Shown: piece by piece, positions 12,264 through 25,061 of the stretch
Position numbering within the stretch: position 1 is the first letter of the stretch
How the letters are laid out: every line of letters starts with the position of its first letter
Assembly (NCBI GenBank): GCA_052327205.1
Contig: CM126204.1
Coordinates: 158,410,001-158,474,000, forward strand
DNA length: 64,000 bases
Origin: Somniosus microcephalus
Lineage: Eukaryota
Direction: 5' to 3'
Notes under the pieces: model-generated
Seen by the model: only the letters and a program-made list of their open reading frames with translations
Told to the model about the DNA's origin: nothing
The model's database searches: none
Position numbers and translations under genes: made by a program

Positions 12264-15200
12264 TGTGGCGGAGACCACATAGGGACAATACCACAATTCA
12301 CAATGTATAGCCAATGTTGTTATATGTACGTACTTGGTTGGGTTATCGGGGCAGGGTCCCTTTAAGAGTGTCGGTAGCGTGATGACGTCATGCGTCGGTA
12401 GTGTGATGATGTCATGGCCCTGCAACGAGGCTGAGCACCTTAGTCCTCATGGAGAGTGAATAAAGTAACACACGTTTTGCCTTTGCTGCAACAAGTCTCA
12501 GCCTGTTGATTTCGAGCGACTCCAACATTGGTGACCCCGCTGCTCTTTTGGACGATTCCAAAGACCTCATCTGAAATGGCGACGAACGCCGTTTCCATCA
12601 AATTACCCAAGTTTTGGGAACGACAGGCTGTCGCTTGGTTCACCCAGGTCGAGGCTCAATTTGCACTCCGGGACATCACCGCGGACGACACGAGGTACTA
12701 CTACGTCATCTCTGCTCTCGGCAGCTCCACCGCGGCCAGAGTCGTGAGCCTGCTCGAGAACCCCCCGGAGCTCAACAAATTCGAAACGCTGAAAACGCAC
12801 CTCTTAGAAACTTTTGGACTCACCGAAGCCGAGCGCGCACGCCGGCTTCTCTCTCTACCCGGGCTTGGTGACTCCAAGCCCTCGGAGCTGATGGACCACA
12901 TGCTGGCCCTCCTGGGCACACACAGGCCATGCTTCCTCTTCAAGGAACTGTTCCTTCAACAGCTGCCAGGTCAGGTACGGTCGGCTTTAGCCAACTCTTC
13001 CATTACCCATTTCTGTGACCTGGCCAATGAGGCCGACAAATTTTTCTCCGCCGGGCAACAGTACTGCGCGGCCACGCAGAGCCCTGCCCCCACCGATACA
13101 GCCCAACGGCGGCAGCCCCCAAGCCTCTGCTTCTACCACGTGCAGTTCAGCCCCAAAGCCAGGAAGTGCCGGTCCCCGTGCAGTTTTCCCGCGTCGAAAC
13201 AAACGAAAGACCACTCGTTGGCTGCTATGGCTGTCGGCCGTTCAGGCAGTTTGTTATTTATTACGGACACCGACTCCGGACGTCATTTTCTTTGCGACAC
13301 GGGTGCCCAGGTGAGCGTCCTGCCCGCGTCAACCATAGACATGCAAGGGGGGAACCACGGCTCCGTCCTCGAAGCCGCCAACGGCAGTTCCATCCGCATC
13401 TTCGGGAAACGGAACGTGGCGCTTTGTTTTGGCGGGCAGCGGTTCACCTGGGACTTTGTCACGGTAAAAGTGTCCACCCCCCTTCTCGGCGCTGACTTCC
13501 TCTGCGCCAATGGCCTTTTGGTGGACATCAAGAACCGACGTCTCATCAACGCTGAGACTTTCAGCTCGCTCCCATGTTCCCTCAGCGGGTCCAGCATGAC
13601 GAAGTTGTACAGCGCACTCTCGGCCTCCGACGAGTTTTCCTGCCTCCTCGCCGAGTTCCCGGACCTCACGACGCCCACGTTCTCGTCCGCCGCCACTAAA
13701 CACGGGGTAGAACACCACATCTCGACCACCGGTCCGCCCATCTATGCCCGCGCTCGGCGCCTCGACCCAGGGAAACTCGCCATCGCTAAAGCCGAGTTCG
13801 ACACCATGGAGCGCCTCGGCATCATCCGCCAGTCGAACAGTCCGTGGGCCTCGCCCCTCCACATCGCTCCGAAACCAGGCAGCAGGTGGCACCTGTGCGG
13901 CGATTACCGGCGCCTCAACGACGCTACAACCCCTGACCGCTACCCGATTCCTCACATCCAGGACTTTTCCGCCCGCCTGGCCGGGAAAGTGGTATTCTCG
14001 AAAGTGGACCTCGTCCGGGGTTACCACCAGGTCCCTGTCCGGCCGCAGGATGTCCCGAAAACCGTGGTGATCACCCCGTTCGGGCTGTTCGAATTCCTCC
14101 GCATGCCATTCGGCCTCATAAACGCCGCCCAGGCTTTTCAACGCCTAATGGACACCGTGTTACGGGACCTGACATTCCTGTTCGTATACCTGGACGACAT
14201 CCTCATCGCCAGCGCCTCCAGGACGGAGCATGTGTCGCACCTTCGGACTCTCTTCCAACGCCACAGCCAGCACGGCCTAATCGTCAACCCGGCCAAGTGC
14301 CAGTTCGGGCTGTCCTCGATCGACTTTCTCGGGCACCACATCACGAAGGATGGGGCGGTGCCACTGCCATCGAAAGTGGAGGCCGTGATGGACTTCCCGC
14401 GACCCATCACCGTGAAGGCCCTGCAGGAGTTTTTGGGCATGGTGAACTTTTACCATCGCTTCGTCCCCCGAGCAGCCCAGCTTATGCGGCCCCTTTATGA
14501 GGCCCTCAAAGGCAAGCCCGACAAGCTCGCCGTCGACTGGTCCGAGGAGATGGCCAATTCTTTCACGGACACCGATCGCTCTCACCACCGACGCCTTGGA
14601 CTATGCGGTCGGCGCCGTCCACGAACAGTGCGTCAACGGCACCTGGCAGCTGCTCGCCTTCTTCAGCCGGCAGCTCCGCCCCAACGAGCGGAAGTACAGC
14701 ACCTTCGATCGGGAGCTTCTCGGCCTCTACCTCACCGTCTGACACTTCCGTTTCCTACTGGAGGCTCGCCCGTTCACAGCGTTCGTGGACCACAAACCAT
14801 TGACCTACGCTATGGCCAAAGCTTCCGAACCGTGGTCAGCCCGTCAGCAACGCCAGCTGCCCTTCATCTCAGAATTTACAATGGACATCCAGCATGTGGC
14901 TGGGAAAGACAACCCCGTCGTCGACTGTCTCTCCGAACCGTCGCCAGCACTGTACACCTTGGCATCAACTACACCCGCATGGCGGCCGACCAGGCCTCCG
15001 ACCCGGACGTCCAGGCCTATAGGACGGCGCTCACGGGCCTTCAACTAGCGGACGTCGCGTTCGACGATGCCGGCACCACACTCCTGTGCGACGTCTCCAT
15101 TGGGTAGCCACGTCCTGTCCTCCATCATCTTTTCCACCCGGGCAGGAAGCCGTCACAGAAGCTGGTGGCGGCCAAGTTCATCTGGCACGGGCTCAGGAAG

Positions 15201-16593
15201 GATATTCGCGACTGGGCCAGCACCTGCGTGTTATGCCAACGCTCGAAAGTGCATCGCCATACTAAGGCCCCGTTGAAGCCTTTCACAGTGCCCAAGAGGC
15301 GGTTCGACCATGTTAACGTGTACCTGGTGGGGTCCCTGCCGCCCTCCCGCGGGTTCACCCATCTCCTCACAAAGGTCGACAGAACCACCCGATGGCCGGA
15401 CGCCGTCCCGCTGTCTTCAACGACGTCCGCCGATGTGGCTCGGGCGTTCATCAGCACTTGGGTCGGCCGGTTCGGCGCCCCATCTGACACTTCCTCCGAC
15501 CGGGGTCCCCAGTTCACGTCGGAGCTCTGGAACGCTGTCGCCCGAGGCCTCGGGTTGAGTCTCCACCGCACCACTGCATACCACCCTCAGGCTAACGGAC
15601 TGTGCGAACGGTTTCATCGCTCCATGAAGGCCGCGCTCCGGGCCAGCCTCCGGGACGACAGTTGGATCGACAGACTCCCGTGGGTCATGCTGGGACTCAG
15701 GACCGCCCCCAAGGAGGACCTCCAGTCCTCGTCCGCCAAGCTCGTCTACAGACAGCCGCTGCGGGTTCCCGGGGATTTCGTCCCCAGCGCAACGGAACCT
15801 TGGTCCGCAGCCCGTTAGCGGTCCGACCTTCTGGACAACGCCAAGGTTTTCGCGCCGGTGCCCACGTCGCAGCACGATCTCCCGCAGTCCCACGTTCCGC
15901 TCGACCTTCGTGCGGCGGTTTACGTTTTCGTCCGCCACGACGCCCACCGGGGACCTCTTCAGCCACCCTACGATGGACCAGTCCGCATCCTGGAAACCGG
16001 GGACAAGACCTTTGTAGTGGATGTCGGCGGTAAGCCGGACTGCATTTCCGTGGACCGTCTTAAGCCGGCCCACCTGGATCTGGACCGACCCGTTGAGTTG
16101 GCACAGCCCCCGAGGCGGGGCCGACCTCCGGTCTCTGCACCCTCAGTCCACCACCGAGCGCCCGAGTTCCCTCCGACGAACCCCCCGGTCCCCGCCCCGG
16201 AATTGAGGAGCCGTTCCGACCGTGTGATCCGGCCCCCCCAACGAATGACATTGCCAGTGCTAGTGAATTCTGGGGGGACGTATGTGGCGGAGACCACATA
16301 GGGACAATAACACAATTCACAATGTATAGCCACTGTGGTTATATGTACCTAAACACAATTCACTATGTATAGCCAATGTTGTTATATGTACGTACTTGGT
16401 TGGGTTATCGGGGCAGGGTCCCTTTAAGAGCGTCGGTAGCGTGATGACGTCATGCGTCAGTAGCGTGATGACATCATTGCCTTGCAACGAGGCTGAGAAG
16501 CTCAGTCCTCATGGAGAGTGAATAAAGTAACACGCGTTTTGCCTTTGCTGCAACAAAAGTCTCAGAGCCTGTTGATTTCTAGCGACTCCAACA
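12264..16593 (+). mobile_element. Ty3/Gypsy LTR retrotransposon, CsRn1-like clade, full structure but degenerate
   Basis: LTRs TGTGGCGG...CCAACA at 12264-12527 and 16283-16593; TSD ACAT at 12260-12263 and 16594-16597; PBS TGGTGACCCCG (tRNA-Trp type) from 12529; PPT GGGGGGAC at ~16272. Confidence 0.95.
12576..16301 (+). pseudogene. Gypsy gag-pol (Gag, protease, RT, RNase H, integrase), frameshifted after RT
   Basis: Gag CHCC motif CFYH-x9-C-x3-C typical of the CsRn1 clade; protease CDTGAQVS; RT YLDD; RNase H TTDA..YAVGA in another frame after a deletion at ~14570; integrase SDRGPQFTS, YHPQANGLCERFH and PYDGP motif. Confidence 0.92.
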
Positions 16594-16846
16594 ACATAGG
16601 ATATATGGCACATAAACAGGCCATTTGACCTAACCAGTCCATGCTGGCGTTTATGCTCCACTCGAGCCTCCTCCTGTCTTTCCTCATCTAAATCTATCAG
16701 CATAACCCTCTATTCCCTTCTCCCTTATATGCTTACTAGCCTCCCCTTAAATGCATCTGTATGGTTTGCCTCAACCACTCCCTGTGGTAGCGAGTTCCAC
16801 ATTCTCAACCCTCTCTGGGTAAAGAAGTTCCTTCTGAATTCCCTAC
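16594..16846 (-). mobile_element. CR1 3' fragment whose tail was the Gypsy target site
   Basis: Minus strand encodes EFRRNFFTQRGLRMWNSLPQ; the tail repeat TAGGATTAC/ATAGGAT continues across the Gypsy TSD to ~12253. Confidence 0.75.
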
Positions 16847-16998
16847 AATAGACTTCTGTTGGAAGTGAGTTTAGGGTAAAATACTGTTTGTGGAAAGCAC
16901 ATTTTATTAAAAGGAAGGTTTTCACTGCTACACAATCCTGCTCAGTGTACATATGTCACAATAAGCATTTCAGGATGATAATAAAGCATGTATGCTTG

Positions 16999-19387
16999 TG
17001 TGGCGGTACCACTGGTTGTCCCTTACATTGAGACACATAATTCCCTTTAACTTACCTGTTGGGGCCATTGCCCCTTTAAGGCGCGCCCTAGCGCGCTGAC
17101 GTCATGTCACGTACGACGTGATGTGCGTGCGCCGGCACAGCCCGGCCTAGCGTCTTCGGCCTCAACGGCCAGCCGACAGGAGCGACGCAATCTTCCGCTC
17201 CTGCAGCAAGCACCGGCACAGCCCGGCCTCCCGACTTCGGCCTCAACGGCCAGCGACGCAATGACGCGCATCACGTGACGCCCTAAGCGCGGGAAACGCG
17301 AACGTGATGACGACACAACACAAACGCGATGACGTCATCACGCTCCCCACAGGACTGCGAACTCAGTCCTCGTGGAGTGCCCGCTGGGACAAGACCGACA
17401 CCACGGTGTTCCTACAGTCAGCCATCTTACCTGCTGTAATTAGCCTGTTCCTGTAAATAAACAACTTGTTAATAGTTTGTCGAAGTCAAACTCTCTTATT
17501 TAGTGGTGATCTACACGAACCGCTACATTGGTGACCCCACGACGTGAGTACGGGAGCTCATCAATTCCAACGCTACAATTGGTGAACCCGTATCCGTGAA
17601 CGATTTTCACGGTAGCAACGCACGCCTGAACCTCGTCTTCACTCAAGACGACCAACGCACAACCGATGAACAACCACGGAACAGCAACCGCCTAACACCG
17701 ATTCCACCAAAAGCGACCCCGTCTTTGCGTACGTATTCGCAAAGGAAGCGCAGCTTGGAGGTGAGCCCGTTTTTCACGAACGATTTCACAGAGGTAGAGC
17801 ACGACCAACGACAACCGTCATCCACCAGCACTACAATTGGTGGGTTTGTGAACGTCTTTCACAAACGAAGCACGCTATGGAAGCATCAGCCGTTCTGCTG
17901 TCGCTACCGCAATCCAGGGAGCCACGATCTCCCTCGTGCTTTATGAAGGAAGAAGCCCTGTTCGCCGAGAACATCGATGCGGCACAGACCACGCATGTGC
18001 TCACAGTCTCCGTATTCGACTCTTCTACCACCACACGGATCGTCCGCCTCTACATCCAAAGCAACAGCAAGTATACATCTCTCCAAGCGCGGGGTACAGC
18101 ACGTTCGGGCCCACAAGATCGGAGCGCGCCCCGCGGGGATACCACGAGGACTCACCCCCGCAAAACACGAGGACGCACTCCTCGCGCACGAGGACCCATC
18201 CCTCGCGAACCACGAGAACCCATCCCTCGTGAACACCGATGACTCTTTCCCCACCGACGACGCACCAGCCCTTCAGCCTGCTGGTTGTGTTACCTACTAC
18301 ACGATTTGGCATGAACAAAAAGCGTGCCACCCTCCCGGCTGTTTTCTCCTAAATCTACAACAGTTACAAGTGTTGCCGCCCTTTCTCCAGTTTTCCCTTT
18401 AACAAACGCAAACGTCTACTGAAGCTGCACACATCGAGGACGGGTCCAACGGGCATCCTGCGGCCGCGATCAGCCACGTGAAAGTTGCTAGCCTCACCGA
18501 TCACTGATCAACGCAGCAACTCTTCACCCTCCATTGTGTTCACGTCGTAGCACTATGGCACGCACCGTTCCGTGCGTTCCAGCCTCCCGAAGGTTTCGCT
18601 CACCAGCCAACGGAGACATCGCCCGCGTCCGCCCAACCTGCCCGTCACTCTGACAAGGCCTGCTGTTTCGCACGTCTCCACGGTCCTTCGCCTGACGGGT
18701 ACGTTTTATTCGCCACGACGCGCGTAAGGATCCGCTCACGAGCAGCATCTTCATACCTCGCCTACCAAGCCGAGACAGCACGACCGCCGAGACCACCAGC
18801 TCGTCAGACCATCTCATCCTTGGACTTTCGTTAAAGCGAATTCTGGGGGGGCCTATGTGGCGGTACCACTGGTTGTCCCTTACATTGAGACACATAATTC
18901 CCTTTAACTTACCTGTTGGGGCCATTGCCCCTTTCAGGTGCGCCCTAGCGCGCTGACGTCACGTCACGTACGACGTGATGTGCGTGCGCCGGCACAGCCC
19001 GGCCTAGCGTCTTCGGCCTCAACGGCCAGCCGACAGGAGCGACGCAATCTTCCGCTCCTGCAGCAAGCACCGGCACAGCCCGGCCTCCCGACTTCGGCCT
19101 CAACGGCCAGCGACGCAACGACGCGCATCACGTGACGCCCTAAGCGTGGGAAACGCGAACAACGTGATGACGTCACAACACAAACGCGATGATGTCATCA
19201 CGCTCCCCACAGGACTGCGAACTCAGTCCTCGTGGAGTCCCCGCTGGGACAAGACCTACACCACGGTGCTCCTACAGTCAGCCATCTTACCTGCTGTAAT
19301 TAGCCTGTTCCTGTAAATAAACAACTTGTTAATAGTTTGTCGAAGTCAAACTCTCTTATTTAGTGGTGATCTACACGAACCGCTACA
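16999..19387 (+). mobile_element. Non-autonomous LTR element (TRIM/LARD-like) related to CsRn1-type Gypsy
   Basis: LTRs 16999-17527 and 18856-19387 (TGTGGCGG...GCTACA); TSD CTTG at 16995-16998 and 19388-19391; PBS TGGTGACCCC..GACGTGA; PPT GAATTCTGGGGGGG; 1.3-kb interior without RT. Confidence 0.93.
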
Positions 19388-20489
19388 CTTGCATCGTTAA
19401 TGATATTCGCAACAGCATTAATATTGACGTTACTTCTTGAAGTAGTCACATTTATTTATTCTTGCACAAAAAGTTTAATGGTATTTGTTTAAAAATAGAT
19501 TTTTGTGCTCTTCAAAGATCTCAATGCTGGTGAATGGAATACTTCTCCATTTTTAGTGCCCTGTATCAGTATTTAGCACTCCCACAACAGATACACCAAA
19601 GGCTATCTGCCAGTGTCAAGCTCCTGCAGCTCTCCCCCAATTGCACCAGTGTGACATTTCTATTTATACCACAGGTATGGACTCAAGCTGATGGCTTACC
19701 AGCACTGGGTTATTTCTGACTTTGGCTGCATTCTAAAATCTGTCCACCTCCATTTATAACAGACAGTCATTAATCGATTCTTGGCCACTGAAGTGCTAAA
19801 ATGGGTGAGAGATGATAAATGTCAGAATGCATTTCTCACTATTTCTCTGATCATGAAACTAAATTAACAAGCAATCAATTCCAACCATATAACAAAATAC
19901 CTTCTGTAAATTAATGAAAGGGTTTTTTTTTTAAATGTATGAATTTTGTGCTCAAGGTGTGGGATATAAGTGCTAGAGAACAGAACACTGCATTTCAGGA
20001 TTTAGAAATAAAATCTTCTGCAAATCCTGGGATTTGCAAGCGAAATATGGCTGTTGGCAACGGAGAGCTTTAGTCATAACTTCTGACTCCGATTTTATCT
20101 TTGCACGCGTAGAGTTAGAAAAATAAAGTGCTAGTATACATCTCTAGATCTCTGCTTACGACAAGGTTTTGATGATTTTTAACTACTGTTGCGCTTTAAT
20201 TAGGTTGTCCACGGGATATTTTACATTATCTGGATTGGTTTAATGCAAGACAACTTCAAGTGAGCTAATTACGGCATATATTAAGCTATAGCCACACAAT
20301 GGCAAATTCTAATTTCATAAATTAAATTGTAGGCATTCTAACACTGGGATATTCCAGCAAATTAATGGATGTTCAGGGTCTGGAACGTGAATTTGCAATC
20401 TTAATGAGACTTGGGTCCAAGATGCACAGCAATCATTTCTACAGAATATTACAACAGAATGGGTGGATGATGGCAATACGGTTTCTCAA

Positions 20490-21000
20490 ACATTCTAACT
20501 TCCATAAAGTACTTGATATAGTCCCTCACACAAATACTTACGGTTAAAGTGAAAGCTCCTGCGATTGAGGGGGAAGTTGCAAACTGGATAATTAATTGAT
20601 TAAACAAAGAATTATAATAGCGCACCTCCATTTGGACAACTGTGACCAGTGTAATATCCTCGGGTTCAGGCCTGGGACTTTGACTACCTGCAGTATTTAG
20701 AAATGGTCTTGATGTGGTATTGAAATAGGACACCTCAGATTACAGAGCTAGGTACACTGGTTAGTGTCAGTGCAGCTTACAGCAGCAGTTGCAAGTGAAA
20801 TGAGAGTGGCAGGATGTAAAAGTAGAAATCCAAGGAACTGATATGAATACTGCAAGAAGGATTAACGAGTCAACATATGGAGTATTTCAGTCAGTTTTCA
20901 CAATACAATTGAGATGGTTCAATGGGTTTAAAGAGAGGTAACAAAAGGTGGTTTCAGACTTAGATCATTGAACTATGAGCAGTGTGCTGAAGTGTATTAA
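20490..21000 (+). mobile_element. Very old CR1 RT remnant
   Basis: Broken FHKVLDIVPH and KVKAP.IEGEVANWIIN translation resembling DFQKAFDKVPH...KVKAHGIGG. Confidence 0.5.
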
Positions 21001-22083
21001 AATTATATACCATGCATACAATTTCCCAGTAATCAACAGCTGAATTCTTGACAAACTTATGAAAGCAAATCTCCCAAACCTTCTGGCCACTTCAGTGTAA
21101 ACCTAGTGTTTTATTTCAGATCAGCAGTGAGGAAGTCATCATGCATAAACATTTCATAAACATTTCCCATTATCCTCCTAGAGAGGTGATAACACAATGT
21201 CATAACGTCACTAATCCATGCATCCGTGCTGATCAAAATGCCACAGCAATCATTAGCCAACGAATGTTGGGTCTGAAAGTCATTTTAATCCCTGTTGACA
21301 CAAACACAGTGGTATAACAAAGTATGCTGACCTACAAAATTAAAGTAAGAAACCATTAAATGTATTCAATTTATGTCAAAGAATTAATGATGACAATGGC
21401 TGTTCCATAAAAGAAAGAGAGAAAGAAAGAAAGAGTGAAGACAGAAGAAAAGAGAAAGAAAGAATGAACAAACTTGCATTTATATAGCGCCTTTTACCAT
21501 CTCTGGATGTCATAAAGTGCTTCACAGCCAATGAATTACTGTTGTAACGTAGGGGAAAGTGGCAGCCAATTTGCACACAGCAAGGTCCCACAAACAGCAA
21601 TGAGATAAATAACCAATTAAATTGTTTTAATAGTGCTGGTCCGGGGATATATATTGCCCGGACACCAGGAGAACTCCCCTGCCCTTGTTCGCATAGTGCT
21701 ATGGGATCTTTTACATCGACCCAAGAGGCCAGACAGGATCTCAGTTTAACGTCTCCTCTGAAAGACAGCACCTCTGACAGCGCAGCACTCCCTCAGTACT
21801 GAACTGGAATGTCAACCAAGATTATGGGCTGGATTTTGTCATGGGGCGGGCTGGGGTCGTGTCATCCGCCCGATTCCAAATCGATGTGGGAGATTGATGT
21901 GATTTTCACATAATTGGGCAATTGAGTTCCAGCGTGTGGGAACCTATGGCCCAATTAGTTTTTTCAGTCTGAAACTCGCCTCCGATGACGTCATCATTGC
22001 TGCTGCAGTTAAGGTCTGCAAGAAGCCTTGCTTCTTCTGCAGACTGCCAACCTTTTGGCCTTTGCAGTGAGAGGGGGAATGAG

Positions 22084-22384
22084 CAATGAAAAGCAACGAG
22101 TTAAGAAAGTAACTATAGGTTTTTATTGGCTAAATAACAGAGCCCACCCTCGTGGGTGATCGGATCCAACAAGGAGGAATGCCAGCCAGTCGACCACCTT
22201 TATACCTGGGCAGGTAGGTGGAGCCATGGGCGGAGTCAGCAGTGGTCAGCCCAGGTATAACAGCGTGACAAGAGGCGACCTCGTATAGTGATACAACAGT
22301 GTGAACAGTGATAACCATAGAGTAACGATATAACAGTGATAACTATAGTGTAACGATAGTGAACGATAAAAGTGGTTTACCACA
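22084..22384 (-). mobile_element. Solo LTR inside the Harbinger
   Basis: TSD ATGAG at 22079-22083 and 22385-22389; minus strand starts TGTGGTAAACC; TATAAA and AATAAA in the correct order on the minus strand; the other terminus is not a clean CA. Confidence 0.75.
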
Positions 22385-22501
22385 ATGAGTCACTGATAAT
22401 GATTCTGATGCTCTAACAGATGGACTTATGATCATCTGCAATATTCAATGTGCATGTAACCTTGGCCTCACATCTCTGACTCTTTCCTTTACTCCCCACA
22501 G

Positions 22502-23568
22502 GACCATCGCAAGCACCCGTCCCCACTATCCAGGAGGAACAGCCCGAGTCTCTAGACTCCTCAGAGGAAGCTGCAACCTCTGAGGGCACAGCATCAGCAG
22601 AATTCAGCCAACCCAGCACTAGCGCAGACACTCACACCTCGGTGGGACCATCGCGAGATAGAGTAGCGTTGTCACCTGGCGTATCACAGCTCACAAGTGA
22701 GCATCAGCAGATTGTGGAGACAGGGATAGCAGTGGAGAGTCCTAGTCGGAGGGCGCAGGACTCTCCCAGCTCGGCTCAGCTGCATGTCGACCCTCTGCCT
22801 CTGGGTCCATCCAGAAGAACAGCGGTGCTGGAACTCCAGGAACAGGTGCAGAAGTCTCTGACAGGTTTTGTCTCCAGGGTCACTGCGAGTGTGGAGCGAA
22901 TGGAGAAGTCCATCGTGAACATGAGCAGAGCCTTTGTGGCGTCATTGGCGCATGAACGCAGCACCACGGAAAGGATGGCAACCTACGTGGAAAGGATGGC
23001 TACAGTAGACGAGAGGATGGCTACGGCCATGGAGGAGCTAAGTCGCCAGAGTGTAGAAAACATGGTGAGTGTTCAGAATAGACTGACATCTCTGGAGGAG
23101 TGATGGTCAGCTACTGAACAGAGAAACCAGACCTTCATGGAAGTTCTTCTGAGTAGGACTGCCAGTGCAGATACAGGTCCCCATGGCCCCCCTGATGTGC
23201 AGCAAGGTGCTCTCAAGCCACTTGCAAGCGCTGAGGGGGACCTGACCCATGAGAGGGATGTTGGTGGCAGAGAACAAGGAAGTGGGGGCTCCTCTCCAAG
23301 CGCTCACATGACCATGCCACTGCAGAGCCCTCGGTCAGAGCCCCATCAGAGTCCCCACCCAACTGAGATCGGCGTCTCAACCCCATCACAGCCGCAGAAG
23401 CAGCAGACTGTTGCCAAGCCCTCACAGGTTCGCAACCCCAGAGGATGCCCGCCAAAGGTGTCGAGACAGGAGCAGCAAGAAAGTGAGCAAGGGGCCTCCA
23501 CATCTGCTGAAGCCACAGGGGAAGCACCACGTAGGAGCAAGCGTAACAGAAAGTTACTGCACAAATAG
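22502..23568 (+). pseudogene. Last exon of Harbinger accessory gene (Myb/SANT-partner type, inferred)
   Basis: Pyrimidine tract and CAG acceptor at ~22481-22501; one frame open to 23568 apart from a single TGA at 23101; coiled-coil-like segment and basic C-terminus (RRSKRNRK); AATAAA ~23636. Myb domain itself not seen. Confidence 0.6.
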
Positions 23569-23816
23569 TCACAAGGGTAGTCACTTGGGTGAAATGTTGT
23601 GTTTATTTTTAAAATGCCATCAGTTGGTTATTGTAAATAAAAATTCTGATGGCAACTGTTGCAGTTGTGGCGTGTGTCATTTCGCAAATGGGACTTTCAC
23701 ATTGAGGGCTTAGGATTACTTGCAATTGTCAGTATGGTGGTCAGAGTGCTAGGAATCCTCTGATTCTTGGCCAGTCGATGTTCTGGTACGAAGCTGCGAG
23801 GCAAAAGTGCTTGATT

Positions 23817-25061
23817 GGCTAGGCTAAGCAAATCTGGCCAGGACGAGTGTGTTCCTTGCATCCCGGGCAGCAGCATTCTCACGTACTGCTGCCGCTGGGC
23901 CTCTGCAAGATGTTCGTTTTCGCTCTCCTCCTCCTCCTCCTCCTCATCTGAGGAGGATATGTGAGGAGCCACTTGGTCCTCAGGAATCTGCAAGCCACGA
24001 CACTGTGCCATGTTGTGAAGTGCACAGCAAACCATGACGATTCTGGAGACCGTGGCTGCTGAGTACTGCAGGGCTCCACCTGATTTATCCAGGCATCTGA
24101 AGCGCATCTTCAGTATGCCGATGGTTTATCGATTATGGATCTGGTGGAAATGTGGCTGTAGTTGTAGCTCTCCTCAGCTTCGTTGGATGGGCTCCTCAAT
24201 GGCTTCATTAGCCACGTCTGCAGGGGATAGCCCTTGTCTCCAAGTAGCCATCCGTTAATTTGGTCTGGCGGACTGAAGAGCGGAGGCACACTAGACTGGC
24301 GCAGTATGAAGGAGTCATGGCAACTGCCAGGGTACTTGGCACAAACATGCAAAATTTCCTTCTTGTGGTTACACACCAGCTGCACGCCGAGGGAGTGGAA
24401 GCCCTTGCGGTTGACAAAAATACCTGGATTACGATGGGGTGCCTTAAGGACCACGTGTGCAGTCAACGATGCCCTGCACCCTTGGAAAGCCTGCCAGATT
24501 AGCTAATCCAACCGCACGCGCCGTGACACTTGCTTGATCCTTGGAGAAATGGATGTGATTGTGTGCGATGGCAAAGAGGGCGCGATGGCAAAGAGGGCAT
24601 GATGCAAGTGCATGCGGCTGCCTGGGAGATGCTGCTGATGTCTGCTGCTGATCCCTGGAATGAGCCTGAAGCAAAAAAGTTGAGTGCGGTAGTGACTTTG
24701 ATGGCCACTGGTAAGGGGTGTCCACCTGCTCCTCTGGGCTCCAGGTCTTGCTGCACCATTGCGCAGATGTCACACACTACCTCTTGCGAAAGTCGGAGCC
24801 GCCTTTGGCACTGCTGCTCACTCATGTTGAGGTAGCTGATCCTCTGTCTGTAGACCCTGTTTGGGGAATATCTCCTGCGCCGACGGGCTTCCATGTGCTG
24901 GCGCCTCTGGCCTGTGCAGCTTCAGGTGGGTGAGCAGCAGGTTGGCGCTCCTGTTGTTGCCGCTGCTGTTGGTGCTGCTGTTGTTCATGGTTCTGCTGCT
25001 GCCACAGCTGGTCTTCGTCCTCATCTGATGTCCAGGAGGAAAGGAAATAAATGGTTCCCAT
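23817..25061 (-). pseudogene. Harbinger DDE transposase (HARBI1-like), frameshifted
   Basis: [61 protein letters not shown] motifs in shifting frames; N-terminal poly-Q. Confidence 0.9.

Noticed and set aside
17596-18925. Novel or env-like genes in the non-autonomous LTR interior
   Set aside because: Short ORFs in many frames with no signal peptide or transmembrane segment; only decayed gag/integrase traces.
23817-25061. Host HARBI1 gene
   Set aside because: Frameshifted and enclosed by TIRs within a SINE, so a transposon copy rather than the domesticated gene.
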